In this document: one piece after another, positions 36,844 to 50,572 of the stretch
Position numbering within the stretch: the first letter of the stretch is position 1
Layout of the letters: the number at the start of each line of letters is the position of its first letter
Assembly (NCBI RefSeq): GCF_009914755.1
Contig: NC_060925.1
DNA: 64,000 nt
Direction: 5' to 3' (one strand)
Origin: the human T2T-CHM13v2.0 reference genome, Homo sapiens
The notes under the pieces: model-generated
Told to the model about the DNA's origin: nothing
Databases searched by the model: none
What the model saw: the letters and a program-made list of their open reading frames with translations, nothing else
Program-made: the position numbers and the translations under genes

Positions 36844-36876
36844 TCTCTCTCTCTCTCTCTCTCCCTGTGTGTGTGT
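36844..36876. repeat. (TC)n(TG)n microsatellite
   Basis: Direct inspection. Confidence 0.8.
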
Positions 36877-37338
36877 AACACTTAATCTAAGGTTCTCTAC
36901 CAACTGGTTCCATCTCTAAGGTAAATAAACTCAGTTTTTTTTGTTTTTTGTTTTTCTTTTCTCAAGGAGCCTGTAGTCTTTAGGAGAGTTAGAGATGTAA
37001 ACCAATATCTCTGGGTGCTAGGACTATTCTCTTTCCTTTGTTAAGACTTATCTACAAATATTCTTTATGGATATAGAGAGGAAGAGTTTAAAATCCCATT
37101 GAACCAAGTACCTCTCCAGCTGTTCCTTCACCAGTAGGTTAGGTACATACTATCCCTTGATGTCTGCCAGCCACCCATAGATACTCCCTGCGTCCCATAC
37201 TTTACAGTGATGGTAGTGCTACTGCTACTATCTGATTTTACAAGGAGTAGAGGGATTCTCTTACTCTTTCAAACATTGCTGGTTTTTAAATATGTATATA
37301 TTTATTATATATATAATATATATGATAATATATGATCA

Positions 37339-37697
37339 TCTTAGTCTGTTTTGTGTTGCTATAACAATACCTGAGACTAAGTAATTTATAAATAAAAGAT
37401 ATTTATTTTTTATAGTTCTGAAGACTGGGAATTACAAGATTGAGGAATCTATATGTGGCAAGATGTTGCATCATCTCATGGTGGAAGGCGGAAGGGCAAG
37501 AGAGCTCAAGCAAGGGCAAGACGGGGCCAAACTCACTTTTATAGAAAACTCACTGTCATGATACTAAACCATTCCCAACATAATGACATTAATCCATTCA
37601 TGAAGGCAGAGCCCTGACGACCTAATCACCTCTTATTTGGCCCCAGTTCCCATCACTGTTGCACTGGAACTTTAGGAGACACATTCAAACCACAACA
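37339..37697 (-). mobile_element. MSTC/MSTD-type MaLR LTR
   Basis: cttagtctgttttgtgttgctataaca...cattaatccattcatgaaggcagagccc...acacattcaaaccacaaca. Confidence 0.8.
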
Positions 37698-38165
37698 GAA
37701 GTATCTAACATAGTCAAACTCATAGAAATATAAAGTAAAATGGTGGTTGCCATTTCCCTATCATTGCTTCCTAATTTCTCTAATCCTTCCATTATCTTCT
37801 AGTCTAGTATAGACACCAGACTCAGACCTGGCCAAACATAGTACTTCACTCTCCTTCCCGTAAGAGATGGCTATGTATGGTTTGCCTGCCAAACATGCCT
37901 CTGTTCTAACTCCTGGAGCCCATTAATATATTGTTCAATGTGGCAAAGGGGAAATAAGGTAACAGATGGAATTAAGCTTGCTAATACCTTAATCTTAAAA
38001 TAGGGAGATTATCCTGGATTTTCCAGGTGGGCCCAGGTAATTGCAAGGGGCTGGGGGGATGAGGAAATGAAATTGTTAAACAGGTATAGAGTTTCCATTT
38101 TGCAAGATGAAAAGTTCTGAATATCTATAGCACAATAATGTGAATATACTTTACATTACTGATCT
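37698..38165 (+). mobile_element. L1MB-type 3' UTR fragment split by a 298-bp inverted duplication
   Basis: atagtcaaactcataga...ggtggttgcca / ggggctgggggg...ttttgcaagatgaaaagttctg rejoin as contiguous L1MB sequence. Confidence 0.8.
37752..38049 (-). repeat. Inverted copy of 40234-40535
   Basis: Manual alignment: 9 substitutions plus one 3-bp and one 1-bp deletion over ~300 bp. Confidence 0.95.
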
Positions 38166-38574
38166 AATATTGTTCTAAACTCTCTTTTTCTAAAAATAAT
38201 ATGACCCTGATACTTTTGAAGATTTAAGTTGTTATTTATTAAAGGAATTTGAAATTTCGATGGTTGTTTAAAGACTACACAGAGTGGATATGAGGGGTGG
38301 TAGGACATTGGGTATGATGTCTCTGAGACAGCTACTTTGTCGTAATGTGAAAGTATAGAACCTCGCTGCCTAGGCCTGGTGGTCAAGGACATTGAAAGAA
38401 ACTGAGTTTCCTACCGTCTTATACTATTTTATGTAACATTTTTTCCTTTCCCATATACTGAAAACTCTTGGGAAAAACAAAACCAACAAACTAAAAAATA
38501 CCTCAATGTCTTTTCACGTTATTCCAGAGGAAAAGAGTATTATTTCAGTCCACTGGTTTATCAGGAAAGGCACT

Positions 38575-38603
38575 GTGTTTGTGTGTGTGTGTGTGTGTGT
38601 GTG
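38575..38603. repeat. (TG)n microsatellite
   Basis: Direct inspection. Confidence 0.85.
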
Positions 38604-39542
38604 CATTTGCATGCATACATGTGTACATGCTCTGAACTATAATGTTAAGAGTGAAGAGAATTATCAAGAGGACAAGTAAGATAAGTTATTTGGCTGATAT
38701 TGATACTGATTTTACACTGATGTATAAAATAATCAAACATATCTACTCAAGGGTGGGCAAAACTCCTTTCCAAACATTTCATTTCATTTTCTTTCATTGA
38801 AAAATATATATTCCTCTGATTAATATGACATTGGCTTTATTTCTTATGAACTAATATTCTGGCCTTATACTGTTAATTTATTCTTTTTTTCTCTGGCTTA
38901 TTTTAGAAAACATTCTTGTGACTAAGACCCATGTTCAAATCTTCTTTCCTCATCAGGGGTGAAGGCATAGCAGGGGGTGTAAGGACAATCTTAGCTCATT
39001 TTCTCACTAAAATCATTGTAAGATATAGTAAGTTTAATAATGTAGCTATATTGTATGCACAGAGTAGTGATAAATCTACTTGGAAGAGTCAGGGAAACCT
39101 TACTAAGAGAGGAGAGTCAAGCAAAATCTTTATGTATATGTAGAAATGTTTTAGGAGATAAAAGGCATAGTCAAGGAAGTATAAGATTACATATACCTTA
39201 ATAATTTTTTTGTGTGTTAAAGTGGCAAAAATGTGAGTCAAACTAGCTTAAGATAAAAAAGAATGCATTGACTCATGTAATTGAAAAAGTCCAGTATACA
39301 CAAAATGTATACTCAGAGCTTGTTCTCTTGTATGTGACATCCTTGTGTGGGTTAAATTCTTGGATAAGTTGTTTTTTTTATTTTATTTTTTTTCCTGTGG
39401 TGGAAAGAGGTTCCTGGTGGCTTCAGCCCTGTAGGTTCTTACGTCTTGGGATCCTGCTGAAAAGAGTTCTCCTCTCTTACATTATCAACATATCAATATG
39501 ACAAATATTTTCATGAAACACTGGCCCTTTTGGGCCACACGA

Positions 39543-40410
39543 TGTATTAGTTTCCTATTGCTGCTTGCTATGGTCTGATTTTTTTATCCTCCCAAACTTT
39601 ATATGTTGAACGTAACCCCAAAGGTGATAATATTAAGAGGTGAGAAATTTGAGATGTGATGAGGTCATGAGGGCACAGCCTTCATGAATGGGATTAGTGT
39701 TCTTATGAAAGAGACCCCAGAGAGCTCGCTAGCCTCTTTCACCGTGTGAGAATACAGCAAGAAGGTGCCATCTATAAGGAAGTGGGCCTTCACCAGACAC
39801 TGAGTCAGTGTCAAAGCCAGCACCTTTATCTTGGACTTTCCAGCCCCCAGAACTGTGAGAAATACATTTTTTCTTGTTTATAACATAATATGATATATAC
39901 TTTAGCTTATAAGGTACAAATAAGGTACTTTTTATTATAGCAAAGCAAATGGACTAAGAAATTGCTTTAACAAATTACCAAAAACTTAGTGGCTTAAAAC
40001 AAGACACACATATTATGTACAATTCTGGAGGTCAGAAGTTTTAAATGGGTCTCATTGGTCTAAAGTCAAGGTGTCAGGAGGGCTCCATTTCTTTCTGGAG
40101 GATCTGTTTCCTTGCATTTTCCAGCTGCCATAGCCTGCCATATTCCTTGGCTTATGATGCCTCAGTCATCTTCAAAGCCATACTCACATTTCATGGATCA
40201 AACTCTTCTGTATCCTTTTTTCATGTTTAAGGACCCTTGCAATTACACTGGGCCCACCTGGAAAATCCAGGGTAATCTCCCTATTTTAAGATTAAGGTAT
40301 TAGCAAGCTTAATTCCATCTGTTACCTTATTTCCCCTCTGCCACACTGAACAATATATTAATGGGCTTCAGGAATTAGAACAGAGGCATCTTTGGCAGGC
40401 AAACCATACA
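39543..40410 (-). mobile_element. MLT1D-like MaLR LTR, interrupted by MSTD and sitting in an older MLT1J/K-like LTR (~39200-40480)
   Basis: tgtattagtttcctattgctgct...aacaaattaccaaaaacttagtggcttaaaacaa...aatccagggtaatctccctattttaag. Confidence 0.8.
39566..39961 (+). mobile_element. MSTD-like MaLR solo LTR
   Basis: tgctatggtctga...gaaagagaccccagagagc...ccagaactgtgagaaata...atggactaaga; 5-bp TSD (c/t)tgct. Confidence 0.8.
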
Positions 40411-41269
40411 TAGCCATCTCTTACGGGAAGGAGAATGAAGTACTATGTTTGGCCAGGTCTGAGTCTGGTGTCTATACTAGACTATAAGAAGATAATGGAA
40501 GGATTAGAGAAATTAGGAAGCAACGACAGGGAAATTTATATTCATTCTTGTTGGGAAAGACAGTATATGATATATGTAGATTCTAAGACTAAAACTAGAG
40601 CAGGAAAGTGATTTAAAGATTGATGGGGGTGGGGATAGAATGAGAGTGTTGCACTTCTGCTTATGGAGCCATCACGTTGTTTAGAATCTAGAGAAAAGTG
40701 TGAACTAAGTGTTCAGAATGTCCTGTGATAACTGATTTGAAAATGGATAAAGGGCAAAATAAAATGGTGGTCTCAAATCAGGTAGAGGTGAGGTGTGAAT
40801 ATTGGAAAGGGAGGGTGTGAGTCTTGCCAGAAGCATGGAGTTCCATGTTTCTCACTCTTGCTAGAGGGGATGTGGAGTTTGCAGGAGAAAAGATTTAATT
40901 AGAAGTACATAGAGCTCTTGGATCCCTCTTAATTCCTGTCCATGGATATGTGGAAGCCAGAGGAGATATGGTTTTGTCTGAAGCATCTGAGATTGGAGGA
41001 TTTCTGCTGAAAATCAGAGCATGCAGAGTTAACATAATCATTTTTTTCTCATAAATATTACTCTGGTGACTGTATGAAGACCAAAATAAAGGGTTAAGCT
41101 AAGGTAGAGAAAATGCTGCTGGAAGACTCTTTTGAAAATCCATTTGAGGGAAAAAAATTAGACAAAAGCCATAATGATATGAAGAAAAAGTAATGCAAAA
41201 AGTTAATAAAATATAATCAACCATACCTAGATTTTTATATTATTGCTGCAACCTAGAAAAACAAAGTAT

Positions 41270-42010
41270 GCATTAGTCAGGTTGTTTCAGTTTCTATTTA
41301 CAGAAACTCCCCTCAAACAAGCTTTATTCATTCATTTATCCATTTAACAACAGTTTATTGAAAGCCAGGCATGTTGCTAGCAAAGATTCTGCCAAAGTGG
41401 AGCTTATGTTTTACCGGGGGAAAGAGACTATAAAAATAAAATAAATAAATTAGAGAATTCAGATCAGAGTGTTATGCTTGTTATAAAAGTATGCAGTAAA
41501 AGAATAACTAAAAGTTTATTTACTGAAGGCAGGGAAGGGCTCTCTGAAGTGATGTATTACCTGAGCTTAAGAAAAGTGGTCTATATTAGGACATATAACT
41601 GAAACAGTTATTTAAAAAGCTGTTTTTAGATATACGTATAGTCACCTCCATGTCTTTCTCTCTCTCGGCTCAGCTTGTCTCTATGTGGCATTATTCTATA
41701 GAGAAGAACTTCATATTGTGAGCAAGATGGCTAACTACTTCATATCTGCATTGTCTATGCAGAGATTTCTCCTCTAAGAACCCCTTGTCTATAAAGGGGT
41801 AATATAGTCATTCCTGAAGTAGTCACTCGGGAGAAGGGATGGTATCTCTGGCCAACCGGGGACAGAGGACTGTTCCTGGAATTGGAAATGAGTACTATAA
41901 TGGATGGATGCTTCAGAAACGGTGAAGTCAGTGAAGTGATTCTGCAAAGGAACTAGACAAAAAAGGATAGGGAAATCCTGACAGACAGAAAAAAAATAGC
42001 ACTGCCAACA
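41270..42010 (-). mobile_element. Degraded MLT1J/K-type LTR and L2 fragments
   Basis: ttcattcatttatccatttaacaa (L2 end) and MLT1 motifs ggctcagcttgtctctatgtggcattattct. Confidence 0.45.
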
Positions 42011-43240
42011 AGAACTAATGATAGTCCCATAATACATAATATTGATTGTTTAGAAAATATGGGATGAACATTCTATGCACCTGGATGCAAAATGGACCGC
42101 TTAAATAAGTCATCAATTTTTAAGACAGAAAAATGTTTAAAGTGTGAGATTAATAATAATAATGTGGTAAGAATTATCTAGACAATGCTGACTACCACCA
42201 CAAAATTAAACAAAATTCAGAATTATGAAATCTTAAAAAATTACCATTTTCTCTTTGTAAACTTTGCTTAAGTTCATAGAAATCTGTCTTATGAATGATG
42301 CATAAAAGTTATATTTTAATCTGTAAGTAATAGGACTAAAAATTTAATTTAGAAATAATTACAAGCCAAAAAACCTGATGAATAAATATTATTGAAGAAC
42401 ACTGGCTATAAGATGCAAATAAATATGTTAACATTAAACTTAGGAAATCAAAAATAGGTAGGAAATATGGGGGGAAATATTTGTTTTTGGCAGAAGGGAA
42501 AATCCTGGTGGTGTGGAAGGACTCCCTATATCTAATAAGCACAATGTTTAATCCCTGTTAGAGTTTCTTTCTGGCTTTAATTCAACAATATTTGGTATGT
42601 GTGTGTATATGTGCATGTGTGTCCTCTACTTAAGTGTTTTTTTATTCGTCTCTTCAACAAATATTTAATGCATGCTGTTTTGCCCTGTTCAAAGACTAAA
42701 ATAGCCCTTGACAGGAGTCATGATTTACATTTAGATAGTTGAAAGAATTGGTAATTGCTATAGGTAAAAGAGAAGAGGCTAAAAGTTAAAGTGTTTGTGC
42801 ACTGAATAAATCTGTTCATTTGTATTTGTGGTGAGCCTATATGCTCTTTTGAGTTTCCTTTTTTATTTCACACCTTAACAATGGGTAACATTAAACAGGG
42901 AATGTATTTAGATTTGCTCTGACAACCAAGTTAATTGAAATGTTAAAAGACCTCTGTTTCAATGGGAAAAATAAATTTTTCAAGAGGAGCTGTGTCCTTC
43001 TTAAAAGAGAGATCACAAAACAAGTGAGACATATGATGGAAGCCATTAGAGAGAAGGATGAATGCCACTTTGTGAAGTGCTGTTTCAGCTGTCTCAGGAG
43101 ACGAGCTGCCAAGCACTCTCAAGAAGGAAATACGAAATCAGACATTTGTATGTGTGCAGTACCCACCATGTTTGCTCTGAGCAGAGAGAACCATATGAAG
43201 CAAGACAGTAAAGGTGAAATCCAACAAGATAGCCTACTTT

Positions 43241-43254
43241 ATTGCCATGGCAAC
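43241..43254. promoter_or_regulatory. RFX X-box-like palindrome ATTGCCATGGCAAC
   Basis: 13/14 match to GTTGCCATGGCAAC in non-repetitive sequence; motif only, no functional data. Confidence 0.4.
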
Positions 43255-44229
43255 AGAACCCTGATGAAAAGTAGAAAAACAATAAAATACCTCTGAAAAA
43301 AAACCTGTGCTATGTATATCTACTGAATTGAGGAAAAATGCACTCATGGCAGGAGCCTGATATTTTTACCATTTGGTGACTTCCCTTAACAAAACCATGT
43401 GTACTGCTTTTGGAAAATGTTGAATTAAAAAGCATTGCATTTACTAAATTATTTAGTTGATCCTGTTGCTAAATTCAGATTGATATGTGAAAGCTGTACC
43501 TTCAGATTAGAATCTTTAGTGTTATTGCAGAGGTCAAAGCATTAACATTTTCACTCTCCTTGATGCCTTTGACAAACTTTTGCCATCATTTCACACAAAT
43601 TGTACGTTCAATGAGAAAGAGAAGTTCTATGACATTCTGATATTTGATTAAAATTAAAACTATATTTTATTTAAAATTCTCATATTTCAACCATTATTTT
43701 TAAAAATGTTCTCACTTCAACATGCTGTTTATTAGTACACAGTTTAGTTTGGAGGGAAAACATTGTCTTTTTTCTATTCTGAGTTTGTTTAACTATCACA
43801 GCTTCCTACATCTTCCCAGTTTTAACCAATTTTGAGTTGTTCCTAAGATTGTTTGTATTCAAATAAGACCTCCTTTTTTTGTAGAAAAAGTCTGGGAAAG
43901 CTCATTTTTCATTTTTAAAATCAGCTTCACTGATGTAATTTACATACAATAAAATCTACCCTTAAAAAGTGAGTTTTGACAAATGTCACATAACTATTAC
44001 CACAATCAATTTCTTTGCAAAATTAATACCAATTTCTTCACATTGATTAAAGTGTTTCATTTAGAAATTAAAATATGCATCTTTGACTTATCATACACTG
44101 TGTACTAACTGGCTCTTAGAAAAAAATATAGAAATATTGCACCAAATCTGACTTCTTTATGCTATTATTGCTATGACTATTATATATGTATATGTTATCA
44201 ATCCAACAATGGAGGTTATAATTTTTTAT

Positions 44230-47151
44230 ACTTTCAAATTTAATTTTAGAGTTGGGGGTACATGTGCAGATTTGTTACATGTCATCTCATGACACTAAGG
44301 TTTGGGGCACAAATTATCCTATCACCCAGGGAGTGACCATAGTACCTAAATTTATAGCCCTTTTGCCCCTTTCCTACTCTCTCCTTGAGTAGTCCCCATT
44401 GAGTATTATCTTTATGTCCATGTGTACCCAATGCTTAGCTCCCACTTACAAGTAAGAACATGTGGTATTTGGTTTTTGTTCCCAAATTAATTTGCTGGAT
44501 AATGCCCTCCAGTGGTATCCATGTTGTTGCAGAGACCATGATTTTATTAATTTTTATGGCTGCATAGTATTCCACAGTGTATATGAACCACATTTTCTTT
44601 ATTCAGTCTACTGTGGATGGGCACCTAGATTGATTCCATGTCCTTGCTATTGTGACTAGTGGTGACATAAATGTAATAGTACCTGCATCTTTGGGGTAGA
44701 ATGATTAACTTTCCTTTGGGTATAAATCTAGCAATGGGATGGATGAGTTGAATGGTAGCTCTGTTTTAAGTTATTAGAAATCTTCAAACTGCTTTCTTCA
44801 GTGACTGAACTAATTCACATTTCTACCAACAGTGTATAAGCATTCCCTTATTTCCACAACCTTGTCATCTATTATTTTTTGACTTTTTAACAATAACCAT
44901 ACTACTTTCGGAGGCCAAGGCAGGGAGATCACTTGAGGTCAGGAGTTCTAGACCAGCCTGATCAACACGGTGAAACCCCATCTCTACTAAAAATACAAAA
45001 TAGCTGGGCGTAATGACACACACCTGTAATCTCAGCTACTTCGGAGGCTAAGGTGGGAGAATTGCTTGAACGCAGGAGGTGGAGGCTGTAGTGAGCCAAG
45101 ATCGTGTCACTGCATTCCATCCCTGGTGACAGAGTGAGACTCCAACTCAAAACAAAACAAACAAACAAAAACTCAAAAAGCAATAGCCATACTTACTGGG
45201 GTGAGATAGTATCTTATTGTGGTTTTGATTTACATTTCTCTAAGGATTAGTTATGTTGAGAATTTTTTCATGTTTTTTGGCCACTAATGTTTGTCTTCTT
45301 TTGAGAAATGTCTGTGTATGTTTTTGCCCACTTTTAAAGGGTGTTATTTGTTTTTGCTTGTTGAATTGTTTCAGTTCCATATAAATTCTGGAACTAGACC
45401 TTTATCTTGTGCATAGTTTGAGAATATTTTCTCTCATTCTATAGGTTGTCTGTATACTCTTAATAATTTCTTTTAATGTTCAGAATCTCTTTATTTTAAT
45501 TAGATTCCACTTGCAAATTTTTGTTTTTTTGCAATTACTTTTGAGGACCTAGCCATAAACTTTTGGGCTAAGGCCAGTGTCAAGAAGGGCATTTTCTAAG
45601 TTTTCTTCTAGGATTTTTATGGTTTTAGCTATCATATTTAAATCTTTAATCCATACTGAATTGATGTTTTTATATGGTGAAAAGTAGGAGTCCAGTTTCA
45701 ATCTTCTGCATATGGCTTAAAAGTTATCCCAGCTCCATTTATTGAATAATATGTCCTTTCCTCATTGCTTATTTTTGCTGGCTTTGTCAAATATCAGATG
45801 TTTGCAGGTGAAAGGCTTTATTTCTGTTTCCTCTTAATCTGTGTGACTGTTTTTGTACCAATATCATGCTGTTGAGGTTACAGTAACCTTAGAATATAGT
45901 TTGAAGTCTGATAATGTGATGCATCTCGCTTTGTTCTTTTTGCTTCGGAGTACTTTGACTATTCAGGCTCTTTTTAGTTCCATATGAATTTTAGAGCAGT
46001 TTATTCTATGTCTGTGAAAAATGACTTTGGTAATTTGATAGGAATAACATTAAATCTATAGATTGCTTTGGGCAGTATGACCATTATAATAATATTGATT
46101 TTTCCTATCCATGAGCATGTAATATTTTTCCATTTGTTTGTTTTCATCTTTGATTTATGTTAGCAGTGTTTTTAAATTCTCATTGTAGAGATCTTTCACC
46201 TTTTTTGGATAGATATATTCCTTTTTATTTTTGTTTGTGGCAATTATAAATGGGATTGCATTCTTGATTTGGCTCTCAGCTTAAATATTATTGTAGACAG
46301 AAGTGCTACTGATTTTTACACATTGATTTTGTGTCCTAAAATTTTACTGAAGTCATTTATCTGTCCTAGGAGCCTTTTACCTAAGTCTTCAGAATTTTCT
46401 AGGTGTAGAATCATATCTCTGTGAAGACAGATAATTTTACCTTTTCTTTTCCTATTTAGATGCTTTTTATTTGTTTCTCTTGCCTGATTGCTCTGACTAG
46501 GACTTCCAGTACTGTGTGGAACAACCTCGGCTTGAGCCTGTTCTTAACTGGAATGCCCCCAGCATTTGCCTATTCAGTATGATGTTGGCTATGTGTTTGT
46601 CATAGATGGCTCTTATTGTTTGTTGTGTTCTTTCAATGCCTAGTCTGGTGAGGTGTTTTATCATGAAGGGATATTGTATTTTATCAAAACACTTTTCTGT
46701 ACATATTGAGATGGTTATACACTTTCTGCTTTTAATTTTATTTATGTAGTGAATCACATTTATCAATTTGCATATGTTCAACCAAACTTTCATTCCAAGA
46801 ATAACGCCTACTTGATCATGGTGAATTAACATTTTGATGTGCTGCTGGATTTGGTTTGCTAATAGTTTGTTAAAGATTTTTGGGTCTATATTCATCAAGG
46901 ATGCTGGCCTGTAGTTTCCTTTTATGGTTGAGACTTTGCCAGATTTTTTATTATAGTGATGTTGGCATCATAGAATGTGTTAAGAAGGAGTTCTTTCTCT
47001 TAATTTCTTTTTGGAATAATTTTAGAATTGGTACCAGCTCTTCTTTGTGCATCTGGTAGAATTTGGCTGTGAATCTATCTGCTCTGGGGCTTTTTTAGTT
47101 GGTAGTTCTTTTTTTAAAAAAATAGTAATTAAATTTTGAAATTCAATACTT
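44230..47151 (-). mobile_element. L1PA16-like LINE-1 3' ~2.6 kb, interrupted by an Alu and ending at the L1PA2 insertion
   Basis: 3' UTR gggggtacatgtgcagatttgttacat...cctatcacccagg; ORF2 remnants [22 protein letters not shown]. Confidence 0.85.
44904..45180 (+). mobile_element. 5'-truncated AluS
   Basis: Starts at actttcggagg; TSD caata(a/g)ccatact at 44891-44903 and 45181-45193. Confidence 0.88.
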
Positions 47152-47533
47152 GGGGGAGGAGCCAAGATGGCCGAATAGGAGCAGCTCCGGTCTACAGCTC
47201 CCAGCGTGAGCGACGCAGAAGACAGGTGATTTCTGCATTTCCATCTGAGCTTTGAAGAGAGCAGTGGTTCTCCCAGCACGCAGCTGGAGATCTGAGAATG
47301 GGCAGACTGCCTCCTCAAGTGGGTCCCTGACCCCTGACCCCGGAGCAGCCTAACTGGGAGGCACCCCCCAGCAGGGGCAGACTGACACCTCACACAGCCA
47401 GGTACTCCAACAGACCTGCAGCTGAGGGTCCTGTCTGTTAGAAGGAAAACTAACAAACATAAAGGACATCCACACCAAAAACCCATCTGTACATCACCAT
47501 CATCAAAGACCAAAAGTAGATAAAACCACAAAG

Positions 47534-48551
47534 ATGGGGAAAAAACAGAGCAGAAAAACTGGAAACTCTAAAAAAGCAGAGCGCCTCTCCTCCTCCAAAG
47601 GAACGCAGGTCCTCACCAGCAACGGAACAAAGCTGGATGGAGAATGACTTTGACGAGCTGAGAGAAGAAGGCTTCAGACGATCAAATTACTCCGAGCTAC
47701 AGGAGGACATTCAAACCAAAGGCAAAGAAGTTGAAAACTTTGAAAAAAATTTAGAAGAACGTATAACTAGAATAACCAATACAGAGAAGTGCTTAAAGGA
47801 GTTGATGGAGCTGAAAACCAAGGCTCGAGAACTACGTGAAGAATGCAGAAGCCTCAGGAGCCGATGCGATCAACTGGAAGAAAGGGTATCAGCGATGGAA
47901 GATGAAATGAATGAAATGAAGCGAGAAGGGAAGTTTAGAGAAAAAAGAATAAAAAGAAACGAGCAAAGCCTCCAAGAAATATGGGACTATGTGAAAAGAC
48001 CAAATCTACATCTGATTGGTGTACCTGAAAGTGATGGGGAGAATGGAACCAAGTTGGAAAACACTCTGCAGGATATTATCCAGGAGAACTTCCCCAATCT
48101 AGCAAGGCAGGCCAACATTCAGATTCAGGAAATACAGAGAACGCCACAAAGATACTCCTCGAGAAGAGCAACTCCAAGACACATAATTGTCAGATTCACC
48201 AAAGTTGAAATGAAGGAAAAAATGTTAAGGGCAGCCAGAGAGAAAGGCCGGGTTACCCTCAGAGGGAAGCCCATCAGACTAACAGCGGATCTCTTGGCAG
48301 AAACTCTACAAGCCAGAAGAGAGTGGGGGCCAATATTCAACATTCTTAAAGAAAAGAATTGTCAACCTAGAATTTCATATCCAGCCAAACTAAGCTTCAT
48401 AAATGAAGGAGAAATAAAATACTTTACAGACAAGCAAATGCTGAGAGATTTTGTCACCACCAGGCCTGCCCTAAAAGAGCTCCTGAAGGAAGCGCTAAAC
48501 ATGGCAAGGAACAACCGGTACCAGCCACTGCAAAATCATGCCAAAATGTAA
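47534..48551 (+). pseudogene. L1 ORF1p with a single +1 frameshift near codon 13; 304 codons open from the MENDF methionine
   Basis: ATG at 47534 to stop at 48551 is 1018 nt versus 1017 canonical, with 6 A in ctctaaaaaagcag. ORF 47637..48551 matches ORF1p. Confidence 0.9.
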
Positions 48552-48614
48552 AGACCTTTGAGACTAGGAAGAAACTGCATCAACTAATGAGCAAAATAAC
48601 CAGCTAACATCATA

Positions 48615-50572
<1,958 letters not shown>

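Noticed and set aside
42940-43296. 118-aa ORF in unique sequence
   Set aside because: No recognisable domain, no convincing splice or Kozak context, and overlapping antisense ORFs; length is compatible with chance.
47022-47531. 169-aa minus-strand ORF
   Set aside because: Antisense read of the spliced L1 5' UTR running into an older L1. It is not ORF0, whose region is spliced out.
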